From: Candidatus Acidiferrales bacterium
GTDB lineage: Bacteria > Chloroflexota > Dormibacteria > Aeolococcales > Aeolococcaceae
Direction: 5' to 3'
Length of the DNA: 59,845 bases
NCBI GenBank assembly: GCA_035566535.1
Contig: DATMRA010000256.1
Span: 1 to 59,845 of the forward strand
Below the pieces are notes generated by a model that had not been told where the DNA came from, searched no databases, and was given only the letters and a program-made list of their open reading frames with translations. Shown one piece after another: positions 55,469-59,845 of this stretch (position 1 is the first letter of the stretch; each line of letters starts with the position of its first letter). Both the position numbers and the translations under genes were made by a program.

Positions 55469-56151
55469 GCCAGCGCTGCCAGCCCCAGGACGTCCGCAAG
55501 GAGTAGGGCAGGCTCGAGCTGTAGGCCGTCCCCGAAATTCAGCCCGGCGACTGGGCTGAGAGCCTCGATCGGTGGGATTCGAACCGCATCAAGGTTCAAG
55601 CTGGTGGCCGGCGTGCTCTGAGCCGCGCCGACTGCGGCGAAGGGCTCTCGAGTCGTCGCCACAGTCGACGCAGACCGCTGCGATGCCAGCGCCGGCGTTG
55701 CCGCCGAGGCAGGCGTTGTTCCAGACGAGCTCGCGGCCGCACCCATGGATGGCGCTGGGCCTGCGGTTCCGCCGCCCGACGCGTCCGGCTGAGATGGCGC
55801 CGGCCCCGCAGACGCCGTTGGATTTGGGGCATTGTCAATCGGCGCGCGCGCCCCGGAGCCGGACGTGGGCTGCGGCGCAGGACTCGGTGTCGGCGACGCC
55901 GAGGGTGACGGCGTGGGCGGGATGCCGTTGTGATGGTTGCTTCCTGCCGGCGTCGCAGCGCCGCCGCCGGCGGCCAGCGCGTGCGCCGGGCCCGCCAACG
56001 CCGCAGCGCACAGCGCCGTCAGAGCGAGCGCGCTCAGCCCCAGGGCGCGCCCGCTCCGTCCAGTCCTCGTCTCCCAGTTCGAACCATTCGCCAGCATCGG
56101 TGCGTTCAGTGTCCACGCCAAGGGCAGCCGAAGGGCACGGCATCGTCGCAT
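55429..56151 (-). CDS. secreted P/S/A-rich protein with C-terminal TM anchor
   Basis: Signal peptide (LGLSALALTALCAAALAGPAHALA), low-complexity core, tail LQLEPALLLADVLGLAALAYVVRRHW. Start 56151 or 56097. Confidence 0.5.
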   Translation of the reverse strand: MRRCRALRLPLAWTLNAPMLANGSNWETRTGRSGRALGLSALALTALCAAALAGPAHALAAGGGAATPAGSNHHNGIPPTPSPSASPTPSPAPQPTSGSGARAPIDNAPNPTASAGPAPSQPDASGGGTAGPAPSMGAAASSSGTTPASAATPALASQRSASTVATTREPFAAVGAAQSTPATSLNLDAVRIPPIEALSPVAGLNFGDGLQLEPALLLADVLGLAALAYVVRRHWLRPPS

Positions 56152-56185
56152 CGCTACCTGCCTTTACGCCGGTGCGATCCATCTG

Positions 56186-56205
56186 AGATCTGCGCGCGCA
56201 GATCT
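56186..56205. other. 20-bp perfect palindrome AGATCTGCGCGCGCAGATCT between two minus-strand genes
   Basis: Read directly. Lies between the cNMP-binding gene stop (56215) and the next gene start (56151). Confidence 0.5.
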
Positions 56206-56214
56206 GATGCTCTG

Positions 56215-56649
56215 CTACGTGTGGCGGGCCGTGGTGGCGTTGCGGAACCGGCGCACGATCTCCGGCAGCAGGTTGATAGCCACAACCGGATGGTCGAGCA
56301 GGAATTGGCGCAGCCCGTTCACCGGCAGCGTCACGCAGCGCAGCTGCGTCTCAGCGCGCACCGATGCGGTCCGCGGTCCTCCATCGAGGGCCGCGACCTC
56401 GCCGAAGAAGTCGCCAGGCCCGAGGGTTGCCACCACCTCGTCGTCGATGAGGACGGAGGCGGTGCCGTCCAGGATGATGAAGAACTCGGGGCCGGTCATT
56501 CCCTCGGTCAGCACACCGTGGCCCGCGAGGTACGTGGCATCGTCGAAGCGCGCTGCCACGTCGCGGAGCTCCCTCCCGCTGACGTCTCGAAACAGCGGCA
56601 TCTTCTCCAGCGTGGGGATCACGTCCTCGCGCGTGGTGGCCATGAACAT
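56215..56649 (-). CDS. cyclic nucleotide-binding domain protein
   Basis: GDFFGEVAALDGGPRTASVRA phosphate-binding cassette. 144 aa, single domain. Confidence 0.85.
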   Translation of the reverse strand: MFMATTREDVIPTLEKMPLFRDVSGRELRDVAARFDDATYLAGHGVLTEGMTGPEFFIILDGTASVLIDDEVVATLGPGDFFGEVAALDGGPRTASVRAETQLRCVTLPVNGLRQFLLDHPVVAINLLPEIVRRFRNATTARHT

Positions 56650-56878
56650 CCCTCCTTCGCGATTGACAGCCGCAGTGTAGCCGGTCGGTCCGCAGCGTCT
56701 CCCTAGTGCAGCGCGCCGGAGGTAGCTTGTCCATCCGCCGCCCAGGCCGCCGAGGCCAAGGAAGCGACGAGCACCGGAGCGACCGTATTGAACATACGCG
56801 AGCGAGGAGCGCAGGAGCTGACGCCGGCATCGGCGGAAATGGGTGGATGAAGCGGCAAGCTATTTCCGGCGCGGTGCA

Positions 56879-58516
56879 CTAATGGCCCGTCGCGAGTTCG
56901 ACCGCCTTGACCAGCAGCAGCAACACGGCAACGACGAGATAGCTGCTGAGTGCGTAGAGCGCGATCTGCCTGCCTCGCGATGCCGGTGGACGCGTCAGCA
57001 GTGCGACCGGCGGCATCCTCCAGTTCTCGCGGTCGAGCTTCCGGGTTTCCACTGCAGGCTGCCGCGCGCTGCCGCCGCGCAACAGCAGCCCGACGAAGAG
57101 CAGGCCGGCCGCGAGGACGATCGCCAGCACGAGGATCAGAACGCCGACGTCGATCGCGGGGAAGATCGTGGATACCACGAGGATCATCGAGAGCATCAAC
57201 AGGACCCCGAGGATGACGCTCGCCAGCACGTTGAGCCACGGCTTGTTGACCCAAGGACCGAGCACGGCTCTGTCGTTGCACAGCAGCAGCAGGAAGAGAC
57301 TCGCGCTCGGCAGCAGGAGGCCCGCGAGCGCTTGCACCGCAGTGGTGATGATGCCCAGCGGCGCATTGGGAATGAGCACGATGGCGGCAGAGAGCACCAC
57401 CAGCGCGGTGAAGCTGGCGTAGAAAGGCTTGGCCTCACGCCATGGCCGATGCAGCGAATGGCGGATGCCGAAGACGTCTCCAAACGCGTATGACGTGGCC
57501 AGGGTGATCGCGCTTGCACCGATGATCGATGCGTCGATGAGCACGACGGCGAAGATGGCTCCGACGGTCGAGCTGACATGATGCGCCAGCCCGGACGCGA
57601 CGGTTCCGGCGTCGACGAAATGGCCGGCTTGCGGGGTCCCGTGAAATGCCGCTGCCGCGGTGATCATGATTGCTGCGGCACCGATCACGACCACAAAAGC
57701 GCCGATCACCGTGTCAGCCCGCTCGTACGAAATCCAGCGCGGCGTGATGCGCTTGTCGATCACGTTTGACTGCTGAAAGAAGAGTTGCCAGGGCGCGACG
57801 GTCGTGCCCACGATGGCGATGATCAACAGCACGGCGTTCGAGGTGAAACCACCCTGAATGCCGGGTACGAAAAACCCGTGCAGCACGGAGCCACCGTCCG
57901 GATGGGCAAGCACCACCATGGGGATCACCAGCAGGTTCCCCACGATGAAGGTGAACATCAGTCGCTCCCACACTTCGAACCTGCCACTCACGGTTATGGA
58001 GACCAAGAGCACGGCGGCCACCGGGACCGCGACGAATGACGGAAGTCCGAAGTACTGCGCTCCCAGGGCGACGCCGATGAACTCGGTCACGATGGTCAGG
58101 AAATTGAGCAGGAAGAGATCACCAACCGAGAACGCGCCCCAGAACTTGCCGAAGCGCTCGATGATCAGCCGGGCGTGGCCCACGCCGGTGACCGCACCGA
58201 GACGCACCACCATCTCCTGGTTGACGATGAGCACCGGGATGAGCAGGAGCAGCGTCCAGAGCAGGCTTGAGCCGTAATTCTGGCCCGCCTGCGCGTACGT
58301 CGCGACGCCGCCCGCATCGTTGTCGCCGACCATGACGATGAGACCCGGCCCCATGATCGCGGCCAGCGCGAGCAGGCGCTGCCGCCACGTGCGGCGTCCC
58401 ACCCGCTCGTGCTCTCGGAGCGTTCCGAAGGCGCCACGAATGTCGCCGAGGTGCGCCTCATCGAGGACGGCCGCGCGGCCGTCGCGCGCCGGGCTGCGAA
58501 TCTTCTCGTCGACCAA
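56879..58516 (-). CDS. mntH: Nramp family divalent metal transporter with C-terminal extension
   Basis: GPGLIVMVGDNDAGG and QEMVVRLG Nramp motifs. TTG start with GGGAGG SD. ~100 extra C-terminal residues with TM helices. Confidence 0.9.
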   Translation of the reverse strand: MVDEKIRSPARDGRAAVLDEAHLGDIRGAFGTLREHERVGRRTWRQRLLALAAIMGPGLIVMVGDNDAGGVATYAQAGQNYGSSLLWTLLLLIPVLIVNQEMVVRLGAVTGVGHARLIIERFGKFWGAFSVGDLFLLNFLTIVTEFIGVALGAQYFGLPSFVAVPVAAVLLVSITVSGRFEVWERLMFTFIVGNLLVIPMVVLAHPDGGSVLHGFFVPGIQGGFTSNAVLLIIAIVGTTVAPWQLFFQQSNVIDKRITPRWISYERADTVIGAFVVVIGAAAIMITAAAAFHGTPQAGHFVDAGTVASGLAHHVSSTVGAIFAVVLIDASIIGASAITLATSYAFGDVFGIRHSLHRPWREAKPFYASFTALVVLSAAIVLIPNAPLGIITTAVQALAGLLLPSASLFLLLLCNDRAVLGPWVNKPWLNVLASVILGVLLMLSMILVVSTIFPAIDVGVLILVLAIVLAAGLLFVGLLLRGGSARQPAVETRKLDRENWRMPPVALLTRPPASRGRQIALYALSSYLVVAVLLLLVKAVELATGH

Positions 58517-58825
58517 GTCGGACCTCCCGCCGTCGGAGACAGCAAGGCTGAGCGGGCGTCCGCTCAGGAGTTCACGACTGGCTCATGACTCCCTACGGGC
58601 GCGCCCGGAGGTGCCGGGACCGCGGACTGTCGTCGCCGTCCATTGACACCTCACGTACGCCCGGCCGTCTCAGCGCATCTGAGAAGGGGCACGGCCGGCG
58701 GGCTCCGACCTCACCTGCCGCATGCAGCAGATGCGTCCCTTCTCATTCGATCAGAACGAACGAGATGCAACTGTGAATCCGCGGACAGTGTACCAAGCCG
58801 TTGTCGGAGGTCCGGAAGTTCTTCC
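58517..58825 (-). promoter_or_regulatory. 309-nt structured leader/intergenic region upstream of mntH
   Basis: Interleaved complementary segments (58674-58688 vs 58729-58744). Hairpin CTGAGCGG-gcgt-CCGCTCAG (58548-58567) lies 32 nt before the start. Confidence 0.35.
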
Positions 58826-59845
58826 TTAGTCGGCGTCTGCTTCGGCGCGACGGCGCCACGATTCAGGGAGCATTGCCTCGAGCAGGTCATCGACGGAGAT
58901 CACGCCGATGATGCGCTCGTCGTCGTCCACGACCGGCGCGACAATCAGATTGAAGTCGGCCATCAGCGTCGCCACGTCAGGGAAGTCATCGTCTGCACGC
59001 ACCGCTGTGCTGCCGCGTTGGATCAGCTGCGACACGCGACCGGTCGACACTGCGCGGACAAGCGAGACGAGCGGGACTGCGCCGAGCAGCCGGCCTCCTT
59101 CGCCGGTGACGAAGATGTCGGCGCATTGCTGCGCCGACGCCGTAGAACTGCGCACCGCCTCAAGTGCTTCGGCCACGGTGGAGGTATCGGTGATGGCGAC
59201 GAAGTCCGGGCTCATCAGACCGCCGGCGCTGTCGGGGTTGTAGCTCAGAAGAGCGCGCACCTTGACCTGATGCGACGCCGGGAGCAGCGAGAGGATGTGC
59301 GACCTGCGGTCCTGGTCGAGCTCGGTGATCAGATCTGCCGCGTCGTCCGCGGCCATGCCCGCAAGAACGGCTGCAGCCTCCTCATCCGAGCGTTGTTTCA
59401 GGAACTCGACCTGATGTTCGGTGTTCAGCTCCTCGAAGACGTCGGCTTCGAGCTCGGGGTCGGCGTGGACGGCGCTGATGATCTCCTCGCCCTCGTCGTG
59501 CGACACCTGCTCGACAATGTCGGCGATCTGGGCCGGATGGAGGCGGCGGATCCGGCGCAGCGGCATGAGCAGCCGCGAGGTCGGGACATGGCCGACGAAT
59601 GGTTCGACGTTGGCCCAGTCGACGAAGGCGCGGGTTTCATGCGGGCGCGGGCGCACCCCGCGTGGCAACCAGCGGCGCAGCATGCTGCGTGAGCTGGCGT
59701 CGATCCCGACCACTCGCCACGCTCCCCGCACGACGGCGAGCTCTATGTCGTTGGCGTTCACCAGCCGGCCAGAGTCGACGCTGATGACGCGGCGGTCGAG
59801 AACATCCTCACGCAGCAGGACCTCACCCTGGCGGCGCTCGAAGGG
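58826..59845 (-). CDS. soluble PRC-barrel/MgtE N-domain/CBS-pair protein (5' end beyond window)
   Basis: Frame stays open upstream of track start 59761 to the window edge (…VLDRRVISVDSGRLVNANDIEL). MgtE_N-like acidic helices then two CBS motifs. No TM domain before the TAA. Confidence 0.8.
   Translation of the reverse strand, partial: PFERRQGEVLLREDVLDRRVISVDSGRLVNANDIELAVVRGAWRVVGIDASSRSMLRRWLPRGVRPRPHETRAFVDWANVEPFVGHVPTSRLLMPLRRIRRLHPAQIADIVEQVSHDEGEEIISAVHADPELEADVFEELNTEHQVEFLKQRSDEEAAAVLAGMAADDAADLITELDQDRRSHILSLLPASHQVKVRALLSYNPDSAGGLMSPDFVAITDTSTVAEALEAVRSSTASAQQCADIFVTGEGGRLLGAVPLVSLVRAVSTGRVSQLIQRGSTAVRADDDFPDVATLMADFNLIVAPVVDDDERIIGVISVDDLLEAMLPESWRRRAEADAD

Noticed and set aside
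56703-56795. 30-aa signal-peptide-like ORF (MFNTVAPVLVASLASAAWAADGQ...) in the 230-nt spacer downstream of mntH
   Set aside because: No SD. It is the tail of a long shadow ORF overlapping mntH and is too short to evaluate.
58517-58825. Known Mn (yybP-ykoY) or Mg (M-box) riboswitch upstream of mntH
   Set aside because: I looked for GGGGAGUAG/UUGACA-type conserved cores on the transcribed (minus) strand. The only TTGACA (58644-58649) is on the wrong strand, so no known class is claimed.
1-59845. CRISPR arrays, rRNA, transposases/IS elements, restriction-modification or known defence-system genes
   Set aside because: I scanned translations and intergenic regions. There are no repeat-spacer arrays, rRNA-like sequence, DDE/serine/tyrosine recombinase motifs, or recognisable defence ATPase/nuclease genes.

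Overview
59.8-kb, visibly very GC-rich bacterial chromosomal segment (GC not computed). Its content looks Actinomycetota-like: phosphatidylinositol-mannoside/inositol genes, a Kgd/OdhA-type 2-oxoglutarate dehydrogenase fusion, an ECF sigma factor, a TB7.3-like mini biotin carrier, many GTG/TTG starts and 4-bp gene overlaps. I support about 65 protein genes and 2 tRNAs. I saw no rRNA, CRISPR array, transposase or integrase. All family assignments come from motifs read in the translations, not from database searches. Most of the window is housekeeping or metabolic: an acyl-CoA carboxylase beta/BCCP/crotonase group, ispH, a MoxR-DUF58-DUF4350-DUF4129 plus RDD/SpoIIM-like cluster, tdh-kbl, lpd plus the E2o-E1o fusion, an ArsR-ino1-acyltransferase-pimA-pgsA operon, a PTS-dependent dihydroxyacetone kinase system with glpF, gltX, thiD, a GGDEF cyclase, and Nramp with a soluble MgtE_N-CBS protein. 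The best candidates for something undescribed are: (1) an ATPase-less T4SS-like envelope module at about 28.0-32.1 kb (VirB2-like, VirB6/TrbL-like and M23 hydrolase genes plus secreted proteins and lipoproteins), driven by two promoters that share a palindromic operator-like motif; (2) a delivery-domain-less RNase A-like toxin with a CdiI-like immunity gene at 19.5-20.4 kb; (3) a short-variable-arm, C1-G72 tRNA with a Tyr (GUA) anticodon at 38.3 kb, next to a hairpin-dense noncoding tract; (4) a roughly 160-nt element closed by a long inverted repeat that splits tdh from kbl; (5) a structured 309-nt leader upstream of mntH. Most long alternate-frame or antisense ORFs in the track are high-GC shadows and were rejected.
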